Source of the DNA: Octopus vulgaris
Taxonomy: Eukaryota
DNA length: 64,000 nucleotides
Direction of reading: 5' to 3'
Assembly: GCA_951406725.2 (NCBI GenBank)
Contig: OX597842.1
Location: 17,794,001-17,858,000, forward strand
The position numbers and the translations under genes were made by a program. The notes under the pieces were generated by a model, which worked only from the letters and a program-made list of their open reading frames with translations, had not been told where the DNA came from and did no database searches. Below, in pieces: positions 13,543-26,031 of the stretch (its first letter is position 1; every line of letters begins with the position of its first letter).

Positions 13543-14129
13543 GAATTCCTTGAATCGGATTTGGGAACACTGAAAGTCGGGAGCATACCCTTTCGGCTTC
13601 TAATCACCTCTAGAATTCTGCTCGAACTAAAAGTGCTATCAAATTCGAATATGTTTTTCCCCCATACTTTTGTGAGTTGGTTTAGGCAAACACTATCTGA
13701 GAGAGATCTTCTTTAAGTATTAGAAATAGCTGAAGAAATTTCTTTAGCTGCTATTTCTAATGAGTTCAGTATGTGGCAAAGTAATTTATTTTACTAAGCC
13801 CTTATATATAATGTAATATTTTGAATTCGCCTATAATGGTCCCTTTACATACTGAATACTTGGTGAAATTGATTAATAATTAATTAATTTTACCCTCAAT
13901 TGTTGAAATTATAATTCATCTCTCTCTGCTAAATGCTGCGGTTTTCACCGTTAATACATGGTGTTTGTCAATTTTAACCCACGCTGGTGGAAAGGGGAGA
14001 GCAGAAATTCTTCGCTTGCATATTCGAATTTGATAGCACTTTTAGTTCGAGCAGAATTCTAAAGGTGATTTGAAGCCGAGAGGGTATGCTCCCGACTTTC
14101 AGTGTTCCCAAATCCGATTCAAGGAATTC

Positions 14130-14181
14130 TGAGCTGAAGAAAGAAATGTCGAATTGACTAATCTAGAAACGTACGTTCTCA
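14130..14181 (+). ncRNA. Minimal type I hammerhead ribozyme motif in a Penelope-like terminal repeat
   Basis: tgag-CTGAAGA-a aga aat gtc gaatt gac taa tct a-GAAA-cgtacg-TT-ctca; palindromic stem III, imperfect stem II. Confidence 0.65.
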
Positions 14182-14934
14182 AATAACCTTTGCACTTGAT
14201 TTTTTAATGTTTTTTCCCCCATACTTTTGTGAGTTGGTTTAGGCAAACACTATCTGAGAGAGATCTTCTTTAAGTATTAGAAATAGCTGAAGAAATTTCT
14301 TTAGCTGCTATTTCTAATGAGTTCAGTATGTGGCAAAGTAATTTATTTTACTAAGCCCTTATATATAATGTAATATTTTGAATTCGCCTATAATGGTCCC
14401 TTTACATACTGAATACTTGGTGAAATTGATTAATAATTAATTAATTTTACCCTCAATTGTTGAAATTATATATATATATATATATATACACACAAAGGTA
14501 ATAATTACGGTATTTTTTCCCATACTGGCCACTAGATTATATCGATCTTTAAATATCGATATTTTCGTTATTTATCGTGTTGTGGCCTTATTGGCTTCGT
14601 GTATAATACATTAAGTGAAATCACGAACAATATATCTTGTAACCTATTCATTGCTGGACATTGTGTATTGTATTGATCGTTTACAAAGGACAAAATGTTG
14701 ATGATATATTTGCCGTCCGTGAAGAGAGAATCGTGCTGTGTCTTGTAAAAGGCTAGCTGTGGTACAGCGTGAGTGTCCGAAATCGTTTCTTGCTCGAAGT
14801 AGTCTGTCCGAGTAACCGAGGTGGTCTGGTCTTAGCGGTCTTCCTAGTGTGACTGCACAAAGTTGATTTTTTTTTATTACCCACAAGGGCGCAGGAGTGG
14901 GTGTGTGGTAAGTAGCTTGCTAACCAACCACATA

Positions 14935-15027
<93 letters not shown>

Positions 15028-15709
15028 AGGCGCAATGGCCCAGTGGTTAGGGCAGCGAACTCGCGGGCGTAGGATTTATTGAGCGAAAATACATAAAGCT
15101 CCACGAGGCTCCGGCAGGGGATGGTGGTGATCCCTACAGTACTCTTTCGCCGCAACTTTCTCTCACTTTTTCTTGTTGGCCTGGTCGCTTAGCCGGCGGG
15201 GTGGCGTCGTTTCGAAGGCTAAAACAATGCGAATCGCATTGTGACTGAATCCAGTAAAAGAGTAAGGCCTGCTTTGCTTCGTGCCACGAAACCACAATGA
15301 CAGGGTTTCCATTTAGGGGAGCAGCCTTTTGCCAACAATGCCTTCATGCATGAACGCGGTTGGCCCCGATGTTGTAGTCGACATACTCAAATCTTTGAGC
15401 TGAGGAGAAGCAGGACTGACGCCAGGTCCTGTGTTCTGATGTTTTGTTTTCCTATATATCATAAGGCGGGCGAACTGGCAGAAACGTTAGCACGCCGGAC
15501 GAAATGCGTAGCCGTATTTCATCTGCCGCTGCGTTCTGAGTTCAAATTCCGCTGAGGTCGACTTTGCCTTTCATCCTTTCGGGGTCGATAAATTAAGTAC
15601 CAGTTACGCACTGGAGTCGATATAATCGACTTAATCCGTTTGTCTGTCCTTGTTCGCCCTCTCTGTGTTTAGCCCCTTGTGGGTAATAAACAAACAAATA
15701 AATATATGC

Positions 15710-16027
15710 CTTTTCTTCTTTCTTCGCCATTTTCAACCCTAGCCAGGCTCATGGGCCCGGTTTCCCGGTTTCTGGGGCGTATGTGTTCCCCCCAGCTGGA
15801 CGGGACGCCAGTCCATCGCAGCGTTACTCAAGAAACAGGAAGAGAGAGTGAGAGAAAGTTGTGGAGAAAGAGTACAACAGGGGTCGCCACCACCCACTGC
15901 CGGAGCCTCGTTGAGCTTTTAGGTATTTTCGCTCAATAAACACACACAAAGCTCGGTCTGGGAATCGAAACCGCGATCCTCTGACCGCGAGTCCGCTGCC
16001 CTAACTACTGGGCCATTGCGCCTCCAC
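15710..16027 (-). mobile_element. tRNA-Arg-like V-domain SINE; a deleted copy lies at 15025-15245 (+)
   Basis: Head with TCG anticodon remnant, gctgcgatggactggcgtcccgtccag motif. Confidence 0.8.
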
Positions 16028-17459
16028 AAACAAATGCGCCTTTTGAAGCCTAGCTACGACGCTCACGAGTTAAGAGAATATTAACAGTGAATAATTATAA
16101 AAGCTGATTGATTTAACAGAAGTTACAAGTTCAAACAAGAAATATCCGGTGACTCTTTGAAACGTTGAGACATAAACCAATTGAATAATTTTATTCAACT
16201 TTTGGCACAAGGCCAGCAATTTCGGTGGAGGTTTAAGTCGATTACATCGATACTAGTGTTCAAGTGGTGCTTATTTTATCGACCCCGATAAGATAAAAGA
16301 TAAAGCTGACCGTGGTGTAATTTGAACTCAGAACGTGTAGGCAGATGTAATGCCGCTGAGAATTTTGCACGTGCGCGGCAACGATTCAGCCAGCACGTCG
16401 CTTTACAAAAGGGAAATATTGATAACCCCTAGCTTCTGTTCGTGAAGAGAAAACTAGAGGTTAATCAACAGATAATATTGATTGATTTGTTATAAGTAAA
16501 TATTTTTTTTATTTTCTCAAAAGGTAATGTAGTATGAATATTTTACGCGCTTAAATAACCATAGTTTACATAAGTAAAAAGAAGACGGACGTATACTTAT
16601 ATATTCATTTATACACACATACACATACACATACACACACATATCTTGTACTCTTGTACTTGTTTCAGTCGATGTCAAATCTGGCATTAACAGTGAATGT
16701 AATCTTGGCCAAATCCGAACTCACAACGCTGGATTACACTAAATATTGATAAGAATTTTGTTTCCTAATTCAAAGGGGAATTCGTAGCATTCATTCCTTT
16801 CTAGGGGAACATTATCAAAGTTTACTTTAAATCGAAATACAATCCAAAGCAAGGCTTCATTTCAATAAGATATGGATTCCCTACCTGTACACATTGATCA
16901 CAGTTTATTTCGATGGCATTAAGTGTAATTTATCTAGTGCATAATTAAACATTTAAAGCTATCGATATATTGCCAAATTAAAATAAAATCGTTTCGCTCA
17001 CCATGCATCCAAACGCAGTCAACTTGTTTCAAGCGTTTATTTGCTAAGATCGATGGATAGAAACAGTTGCTGTTGATAACCTAACAAAGCTACGGGTAAG
17101 ACTGATAATTTACTTACCTTCTGAAGAGCAAAGCATTCTGGAGAGAAAGAGAAACGAATATAAGACCTGGAATTTAAGAACTTATTTAACGAAAAGTGAA
17201 ATTACCTGGCGACGACTTCTGGAGTAAGAGGTAAAGAAAGTTCAAGTTGGCCATCGATTTTATAAGAGTGGAAGAACTCGGGAGAGATTGTTTTAAAGAC
17301 ATTGTCTTTTCGAAGCCAATGCAAAAGGAAATCAATTGTTAAATATCCTGAATTTATTCTTAAATTATCAGAACGAAGAGAATAGGAATAAATAAAAGAA
17401 AGCTTGTTTATCGAGACTAGGAAAAGGGAACATTAAAAGGCAGAAGCTTATTGTTTGCA

Positions 17460-17546
17460 GTGAGACACGTCTTGTTGGTCGATTTTGCAACTAAAAGTGA
17501 AGTTTACTTAACAACCCTGAAACAGCCAAGAATCTTAAAGGTAAGT
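17460..17546 (+). promoter_or_regulatory. Candidate non-coding first exon and donor (AAG|GTAAGT at 17541) of gene A; start coordinate approximate
   Basis: The ATG exon starts at an acceptor, so an upstream UTR exon is required. This consensus donor is retained in the correct orientation in both copies upstream of B (45547-45548 and 50458-50459). Confidence 0.4.
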
Positions 17547-18896
17547 GAATTAATAATATTAAGAATGAAAAGAGTGATAATTACTGAAATTGTTTTTATA
17601 ATTCTATAATATAAAATACTGTAGCTGACTTGTGCTTTTATTACACTCGGTTTACCATTTTCATTTTCCACTTCCGATGAGAATGGAAAGGACGGAGATG
17701 GATTTGTAGAAATCATGGATCGACTGATCAACTATCCTTTCTTCTCTGTCTTGAAACTTAACGTTCTGATTTCGAATTTTGCTGTGATTTAGGATTTAAT
17801 CGGGATAGACAGATTTAAAATAAAGGAATAGATATAAAAATAGGGTAATAATTCTTAGGATAGTGATTAGCGATCTGTTGAATATTAAAATAAATAACAC
17901 TGGGCAAATTTTTTCTTGTCTATGCCTGGAATATTTCAATGAATTCCAAGTGATATTGCCTGCTAAATTCAAAACTTACTCCAGTTTTTCTCTATCAGGT
18001 CTGGTTTTCTGACTAGACCTGATAGAGTAAGTATTTTATTCATACAAGAGGCATATAATATGAATCAATAAAGAGAGATTATTACTGAAATTGTTTTTAT
18101 AATTCTATAATCTAGAATACTGTAGCTGACTTGTGCTTTCGTTACATTCGGTTTACAGTTATTATTTCTCAGTTCCACAGAGAACGGAAAGGACATGCAT
18201 GGATTTGTAGAAATCATGAATCGACTGATAAAATATCTTTAGTATTCAGTCACGTCCCTTTACATTCTCTTTAGAATCCCACCGTGGCGGATATTGTAGT
18301 TCGTCTGTGTGTCTCGTATGTTCCTTACGTCCATAAAAGAAATCATTTATAGACAAAGAGCTGTGAATGAGAGAATCAATGAACCTCTCTCGAATTAAAA
18401 TGTCACTATCTAATCTGTATGCGACTTTCACTTTCGTTTTTAACGAAATGAGAAAACAAAGCTTAAGTAACATCGAATCAATCTTATATCTTTGCTTAAG
18501 AAAAATCACGATTTTCTACCAGAGTAAAAATAGTTATGTTTTAGATAATGAGTAATATTTAAGGATATAGAAGTTAGGATTCCTGGCTGTCAACCAGGTG
18601 CCAAGGGTTCCATTCCCGTCGCAGGAATGGCACTGATTTTAGGTGCAGGTGTTCCTGTACAGTAAGAGGTTTGCTTTCCAACCACATAGTTCTGGGTTCT
18701 GTCCCACTGCTTGGCACCAGCGGCGGGGGCAATTTAGTTTAAATCTGAGCCGACAAAACCCTTGCAAATGTATGTATGATTGACGAAAACTGAAAGAATC
18801 CCGTCCCAGACACACGCGCGCACACATCTCTCTATTTATCTATCTATCACTCTATCTATCTATCTGTCTATCTATTTTTCTATCTATCTATTTATA

Positions 18897-18959
<63 letters not shown>

Positions 18960-19000
18960 ATGTCTGTTTGTCTGTCTCCCTCTATACGTTTATATATATA

Positions 19001-19151
19001 TGTGTGGTAAGTAGCTTGCTAAACAACCACATGATTTTGGGTTCAGTCCCACTGCATGGCATCTTGGGCAAGTGCCTTCTGCCATAGCCCCGGGCCGACC
19101 AATGCCTTGTGAGTGGATTTGGTAGACTGAAACTGAAAGAAGCCTGTCGTA

Positions 19152-19214
<63 letters not shown>

Positions 19215-19430
19215 TTGTGTGTCTGTGTTTGACCCCTAGCATTGCTTGACAACCGACGCTGGTGTGTTTACGTCCCCGTCACTTAGCGGTTCGGCAAAAG
19301 AGAGTGATAGAATAAGTACTGGGCTTACAAAGAATAAGTCCCCGGGTCGATTTGCTCGTCTAAAGGCGGTGCTCCATCATGGCCGCAGACAAATGACTGA
19401 AACAAGTAAAAGAGTAAAAGAGAAAAGAGT
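19001..19430 (+). mobile_element. CORE-like SINE present only in the left duplication arm
   Basis: Absent at the equivalent site near 48790-48870. Confidence 0.85.
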
Positions 19431-19593
19431 AATATATATATAGCTGTGTGGTGAGTAGCTTGCTTACCAACCACATGGTTCCGGGTTCATTCCCATTGCG
19501 TGGCACCTTGGGCAAGTAGCTTCTACTATAGCCTCGGGCCGACCAAGCCTCGTGAGTGGATTTGGTAGAAGAAAACTGAAAGAAGCCCGTCGT

Positions 19594-19641
<48 letters not shown>

Positions 19642-19968
19642 ATGTGTGTGTGTGTGTGTGCGTGCGGATGCTTGTGTGTCTGGTTCTGTACCCCCAAAAT
19701 CGCCTGCTTCACACCCGATGCTGGTGTGTTTATGTCCCCGTAACCCATCGGTTCGGCAAAAGATTCTCAAAGGATATATATATATATATATATAATATAT
19801 ATAATATATATATAAATTATACATATATACATAAACATACATACATAAACACACACACAAATAAATGTACATGGAACATAATCGGTACAGAAGAGTAATA
19901 AAGTAATTTGACTTCTTTGGAGCTACTACTACAGAAGACAGATATATGTATACACACACGCACACACA

Positions 19969-19999
<31 letters not shown>

Positions 20000-20001
<2 letters not shown>

Positions 20002-20523
20002 AGAAATTAAAAAAGGAAAATACGCACACTTACATAGTTTTAATATAATTTTTCATATATCGACCAGTTTCGCTATCGCTATTCATGATATTATGTTTTC
20101 TGTATTTGAATTTTTATTTTTTCTTAAGAAGAAATTTTGTCCATGATGTGAGTAATGATTTTCACGAGTGAATGACTTCACAAGTAGATATATAAAGGGA
20201 GGTAATTGGTTGTCGTTATTATTGTTATTGCTGTGAGTAAGGGAGATAACTGTTCAGCTTTCGGTAATAGGAGGGGAAATATATATACGTGTACAGACAC
20301 ACACACAAGTTTCAAAAACCTTGTTGAGGAAGGGGATTTATGTACTGTGATGTAATCGTGAATTGAAATATGTTAAAAGATAAAAGTTGGTTAAGCGTGC
20401 ATATTTAGACGTGTTTTGTATTTTTCAATGAAAAAATTTTCTTTATTTAAACGATTTAGAATAAAGAAACTTTTTTCATTGAAAAATACAAAACACGTCT
20501 TAATATGTACGCATAACCAACTT
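20000..20523 (-). mobile_element. Penelope-like 3' fragment with terminal inversion
   Basis: - strand peptide RLNKENFFIEKYKTRLN resembles a GIY-YIG C-terminus; ~65-bp-arm hairpin at 20386-20521; hammerhead at 20057-20091. Confidence 0.6.
20057..20091 (-). ncRNA. Minimal hammerhead motif, A3-U8 variant
   Basis: atatc-ATGAATA-gc gata gc-GAAA-ctgg-TC-gatat on the - strand, about 300 nt downstream of a GIY-YIG C-terminal remnant on the same strand. Confidence 0.6.
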
Positions 20524-20726
20524 TCTCTCTCGTGGTCAATGCGACGATCACACGCTACACACCTTCCTTCCAAGCACTGCGGTAAACAGCAGAAATGATC
20601 TAGAACGTTAAAACTTAGCGCTCTTGCACAACAGAGTCCCAGGCCACTTTTTGCCAAGCAGTTTTACCCAGCATGCTTCAGCTTAATCCCTCTCGGAACA
20701 ATCCGGATACTTATTGATCAGACCTC

Positions 20727-20776
<50 letters not shown>

Positions 20777-20834
20777 GCACACACATGAGGGGCGTGTATT
20801 TAAATATGTGTGTATAATTATTTATTTTTTAGGA

Positions 20835-21162
20835 ATGGAAGCACCAATCCAATTTCGTTTGACTCTCATATTGCTGCCGGCTTTGACTCTTGTATTTTTT
20901 ATGGCCCCGAGAACTGGATTATCAGCGTGTACAAAAGTCCTTTTCGTAGAAATCACTTCATCAAAATGTTTACAGGATACGATTAGAATAACCGAGAACA
21001 CGACGTCTGCTAAAGATTGTGCACTTCGGTGTATTTCACGAAACCAGTGCCAATATTTTAGCTATTGTAATGGCTCATGTCATATGCATCAATCGCTTTA
21101 CGACAAAGAAATTAGGGATTTTGATTGCAAATGTTCATCATATATTTTGCTCTCTGGAAACG
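20835..21162 (+). CDS. Gene A coding exon 1: signal peptide plus PAN/apple-like domain of a secreted protein (MEAPIQFRLTLILLPALTLVFFM...SAKDCALRCISRNQCQYFSYCNGSCHMH...)
   Basis: Acceptor ttttttag at 20831-20832, ATG at 20835, hydrophobic N-terminus, C-x3-C-x5-C-xxF-xY-C-x3-C pattern typical of PAN domains, donor G|GTATGT at 21163. A 328-nt paralogous exon lies on the - strand at 43977-44304. Confidence 0.85.
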
Positions 21163-21230
21163 GTATGTGAATCACAATTTTCTTATGTGCTTTTCTAATT
21201 TAAGCGTCATTAACACTATGTTTTATATAC

Positions 21231-21295
<65 letters not shown>

Positions 21296-21429
21296 TGTAT
21301 GTATGTATGTCCGTATGTATGTATATATATATATATATATGTATAAATATATATGTATTTATATATATATCTACATATGTATGTATACATGTACTTTATA
21401 TAAAAATACAAAAATACTTTCTATAAAAT

Positions 21430-21860
21430 TTCATCAAATGCAAAAAACAAGACAAATCGCTGAAGAGACTACTAACAAATGCGAGGCTTTACAAAATAAC
21501 CACGAAACCAAATGTTGAAAGATGTGGACGCATAAACTGTGGAACCTGCCCCAACCTGCTTCAAGGCTCTGATTTCCTTTTCAAACAAGGATAGAGGTTC
21601 ACAATTAAAACTAGTTTCACTTGTGCCTCTGAGAACCTAATTTATGTAATATCCTGCTTGAGTTGCGGACACCACTATATTGGACAAACGAGTATGACCT
21701 TGAGAAAGAGAACCACTCTACAGAAAGAGCAAATCCGTTTCCCGCAATACAAATTCCTCTCAGTGAACATATAGAAAAATGTGCAGGTAACATCAAACCA
21801 AATTTCACAGTCTTCCCTTTCTACCAGTGCAAAGACACAATCTCTCAGCTAGAAGGTTTA
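21430..21860 (+). mobile_element. Penelope-like (Neptune-type) GIY-YIG endonuclease remnant in an intron of gene A
   Basis: Translates to [11 protein letters not shown]...CGRINCGTCP...FTCASENLIYVISCLSCGHHYIGQTSMTLRKR...PLSEH, with one stop and a frameshift. Confidence 0.85.
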
Positions 21861-22161
21861 CTGTTGCATATGAAGGAGCATTGTCCGTTAAGGTTCTCAC
21901 CATATCTTCATGGAATTCTGATGTAGTCATGCCTTTCAAATGAAGGTACTTTATGACAGCACGATACACAGTTTTCTCCATTTTCCTTGTAACATCGACG
22001 CTTGTTTATTCAAAAATCTGCAACAAAATAATTTAAAATGTCAGAATCATGAAAATGAGCAAAACTACTCCGAAAAGACTGCACTTACCAGAAAAAAAGC
22101 CGTATCAGCTACCTAGCAGCCTTGTTTCTAGGTAAGGCTCAAAATGTTTCATACACCCCTC

Positions 22162-22233
<72 letters not shown>

Positions 22234-22370
22234 AAATAAAACATGCATATATATATATATACATGCATATATATATAATATATAATATAAATTAGAGATA
22301 AAACCATTATTATGCAATTCAAGCAGTGATAGACATAAACCAATACATATCTCCGCTGAACATATCATCA

Positions 22371-22414
<44 letters not shown>

Positions 22415-22649
22415 GCATATATATATATATACATAATATAAATTAGGGATAAAACCACTATTATGCAATTCAAGCAGTGATAGACATAAACCAATACATA
22501 AATCACAAATAATATATATATATATATATATAATTTTTAAAAAAATATATAATATAATAAGTAATATATATATATATATATATAATAGCATCAGGCCCAC
22601 GAAATCCTTATCAGTAGATTTCGTAGACGGAACCTGAAAGGAGCCCGTC

Positions 22650-22729
<80 letters not shown>

Positions 22730-23600
22730 GTCGTATATATGTGTATATTGTGTGTGTGTGTGTGTGTTTGTATCCCAATCGTCGCTTGACAACCGATGTT
22801 GCTGTGTTTACATCTCTGTAACCTAGCTTTTCGGCAAAACACACCGATTGAACAAGCACTAGGTTTACAAAGAATAAATCCTGTGGTTCGATTTCTTCAA
22901 GTAAAGGCGTTGCGCCGGCATTCTTTAACCTGTAAACGGCGAACGCAATCAATTGCTGTTTTGTTAGAGAAAAGTGGATAACATAATGTTTCAAAAAAAT
23001 TTACATAGATTCGCTGCAAATCAATTCATGCCTGGGCGATTATTTCGTGAAATGTGCCTGATCGCAAGCGGCCCTTATCGGTGGCAGAAATCAGGTCGCA
23101 AACGGAAGATTTATACTTGAATGAAGAAATTTCCTTCTTTATCAGATGAAGTACATGATGATGATGACGTTGATGATGATGATGATGATGATGATAATGA
23201 TGATGATGACGATATTCTAGATAACACGGAAGAAAGTGATTGGCTGTCTAACTATGGATCGATAAAGTGCATCGATTTTTGTCCATTTGTATATTTATTT
23301 GACAACTATGCGGGAATCTTAAATGAATTTATGATAATGCCGGACGCAATGCTCTTTTATGGCACTCAAAAATAATGAGGTCGTCAAGTTTACTGTACGA
23401 GAGACTAACAATTATTATAGCCTTTGTACTTAATTAAGATGAAAATAAATATAAAAATTACTCTTAAAAAAAAAGAGTTTGTTTCTTTTTTGTCCTGTTT
23501 GTTAAACATATTCATGCAACACTTTCTTGCCCCTCAAGGGTTAACATCTTCTCTGTACATTTTCATCTTAATTATTGATTTCTATCTATTGCCGATACAG

Positions 23601-23692
23601 TTACAGATTGGCAGAAAGTATTTGAGATGACCCCAAACTCATTCAAAAAAAGCCCTATTTATTTATACTGGGACAAATTGCCTATTGAAAAG
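23601..23692 (+). CDS. Gene A coding exon 2 (VTDWQKVFEMTPNSFKKSPIYLYWDKLPIEK)
   Basis: Acceptor gatacag, donor AAG|GTAATG, phase 1 to 0, 92 nt, same length as the paralogous exon 42818-42909. Confidence 0.8.
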
Positions 23693-24936
23693 GTAATGAA
23701 ATTTCAAAATTCTCCTCATTTAATAAACAATCTCCATTTTGGTCAATCTGCTATATTTTGGGGCATTTGATTTATCCCTTTTTTTCTGTCGATATTAAAA
23801 GTGTGTATGATTTCAGTGCCCTTCGTATCGTCTATTTTGTTCTTGCAGTTTGCCTTTAGTAACAAACAGGATCCAGTTTCGATACTCTAGCTTAGTTTCG
23901 TACACGTTATGGTTATAACTAGTAAAGGGGATTTAAGGAGGAGTTTGGAGAACGATAGAACCACAGCAGATGTTGGATCGATGAGGAATACATATTTTGA
24001 AGTAGAATAACAAGGGGCTTTAACTGCTAAAATCGAAATAAGAATGGTGAGTGGTTATAAGTGTAGGAATATAGGGTTGGGTAGACATGAGGTGGAGAAA
24101 GACGGAGAAAGATTCTGTGTCAGCGAGGGAAAATGTTTGTCTTGCATTTTAAAAGGAAGAGGTGGAAGGATGAAACTCACGAATATGTAGATGGGACAGT
24201 AAAAATGCTTTTAATTCGAGACGAACTTCAGAAAAGCTAAACTCTACCGGGGTCAAAAGAACGTGTTGGACACACCTACACACCTACACTAACCCAGCAT
24301 TTGGTCAGAAGCTACCATCCCTCTGGCATCCGCTTCACCTAAGAGTCTTGACCAAGGAAGAGGCAGATCTAAAGCCCCTTTCTTGAGGTGACGTCACAAC
24401 TCCTTTACTTCCGTTCCTGATATCTCTCTTCATTCCTCCACAGAACATCGATATGTCTTTGATGTGGGATCGATTCTTGCCGTTTTTGTCTTTGTTTTAT
24501 CCTGGTTTTGTCAGGGTTTTCTAGTTCCTATAGATGCAACAAAACTTTTAGAAAGACTCCGAAATCATGACTCATTAGTTAGTAGTCTGATTCTCTGTCT
24601 CGTAAGTCAGCCACGTTTTCCTCTCAAACCCAATCAATTTCTCTCTTAATTTTGCACTTCTAACGCGACATAGCATCTCGTCTTCTCATTTTCCTTCCTT
24701 CTGTCTGTCTGTCTCTCTCTCTCTCTCCTCCTCTTCCTCCTCTCTCTTGTCTTCTTTAGTCTTTTTCTCCTGCACTCAAAGTCTCACTCTTCCCCCCCCC
24801 ATTGTTGTCTCCATCTCATTCTCGCCCTCCTACTCTCTCCTTATATCATATCCTAGTCTCCTTTCTCTTCCTACAACTCTGCCATCCCTCATTCTCTGAG
24901 ATTTGCCACTTGTTTGAGTTTACATTCCATTTGCAG

Positions 24937-25082
24937 GTGGAATTTCGGTTGAAAACAGGATCACGTGATAGAGCATACGTTTTCAATGGAACAGGGACGA
25001 ATTCTACATCATGGTTCCAGAAAGATAAACTCCTTGCAAAGCCGTTTCCGTGGGATCCACAAGTGTTGACTTTCAATGCGAA
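24937..25082 (+). CDS. Gene A coding exon 3 (VEFRLKTGSRDRAYVFNGTGTNSTSWFQKDKLLAKPFPWDPQVLTFNA)
   Basis: Acceptor ttgcag, donor AA|GTATAT, 146 nt, phase 0 to 2; paralogous 146-nt exon at 40289-40434. Confidence 0.8.
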
Positions 25083-25618
25083 GTATATATCATCTCCTTA
25101 CTCACAATTAACATCTTTAATTACTTAATAATTGTTCTTTTGAACAAATTCACGGTGTATATATAAGAAGAAAGTTCACAGATATACTTTATGTCTTATT
25201 GTTGTATAATATTATAATTCCATAATAATAATACTTTCCACTATAGGCAGAACGTCTGACAGTTTGTTGGGGGCGCAGCGAGGGGCTGTCGATTGCATCG
25301 GTACCAGTGTCAAAATGGTAACATTTCAACGAGCCCTGAAATAGTGATAGGCAAAATTGACCTCGGCGGAATTTGAACTCAGGATGTATAGACGGACAAA
25401 ATACTGCAAAGCATTTTATCCGGCATGCTAAAGATTCTGCCAACTCGCTGCCTTATAATAATGATAATGTTTTCGTTATGAACCTTAAGGTTTGACAAAA
25501 AGATCGATGAGGGTAAAATTGATTTTGTGTGGGATTACATTAAAAAAAAACATGTAAACATAGAAAATAACAAAAATATAAGAAAAACAATTTATCAATT
25601 GTAATATATTAGTTTCAG

Positions 25619-25722
25619 TTACCCGAACTTTACCATTGCGGATAACAAACGGAAGATAGAAGCCAAAAGAAAAAGTGGAAATAAGGAAGAGTACGATATG
25701 TCTTACAAAACGTTGTCCGGTG
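25619..25722 (+). CDS. Gene A coding exon 4 (NYPNFTIADNKRKIEAKRKSGNKEEYDMSYKTLSG)
   Basis: Acceptor tagtttcag, donor G|GTAAGT, phase 2 to 1, open frame; paralog 38826-38932 is one codon longer. Confidence 0.8.
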
Positions 25723-25977
25723 GTAAGTAAAACATCTCCTCTTGATTTCAGTGAAATTGATTGTATAACTCTGTGTTGGCGTGCGCGAATGCATGCATGC
25801 ATGTGTATGTGTATGTGTGTGTGTGCATGTGTGTGTGAATGCGCGCACAGGTCTGGTTTTCAAGAAGCATTGTCTCATACATAAAAATCTTTTTAATAGT
25901 TTTTCTTTAAAGCCAAAACAATGCAAGTTGTAACAAAATATTAATAATGCAAGTCAGTGGTTTATACTCTTCTCTAG

Positions 25978-26031
25978 TATTTCAGTATTTCGGAGCAAGG
26001 AATCCTCCTTCGGGAAATTTACGGAGAAACG
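25978..26031 (+). CDS. Gene A coding exon 5 (VFQYFGARNPPSGNLRRN)
   Basis: Acceptor tctctag conserved in B; 4 of 5 A/B differences are synonymous in this frame (CAG/CAA, GGA/GGT, GCA/GCT, CGG/CGA); weak donor G|GTGCT shared by both copies, followed by a frame-breaking indel. Confidence 0.75.

Larger units (their letters stand above)
13301..14470. mobile_element. Non-autonomous Penelope-like element: inverted arm plus partial tandem terminal repeat
   Basis: 13301-13653 is the reverse complement of 14019-14371; 13651-13913 is a direct repeat of 14208-14470; hammerhead motif inside; flanked by (TA)n. Confidence 0.7.
12447..14931. repeat. Inverted repeat arms 12447-12808 and 14574-14931 enclosing the Penelope-like element
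   Basis: ~360-bp arms with few mismatches, including a shared chimeric SINE junction; an older direct copy lies at 4066-4460. Confidence 0.9.
16820..19762. repeat. Left arm of a recent inverted segmental duplication (partner 48470-51185)
   Basis: Unique sequence matches 48470-51185 in reverse complement almost base for base (about 95% by eye); the SINE at 19001-19430 is present only in this arm. Confidence 0.9.

Noticed and set aside
15950-16027. tRNA-Arg-like sequence (also about 3757-3830)
   Set aside because: SINE heads: no closed acceptor stem, and they continue into SINE body.
23121-23375. Asp-rich ORF inside gene A
   Set aside because: (GAT)n microsatellite in an intron with no counterpart in paralog B.
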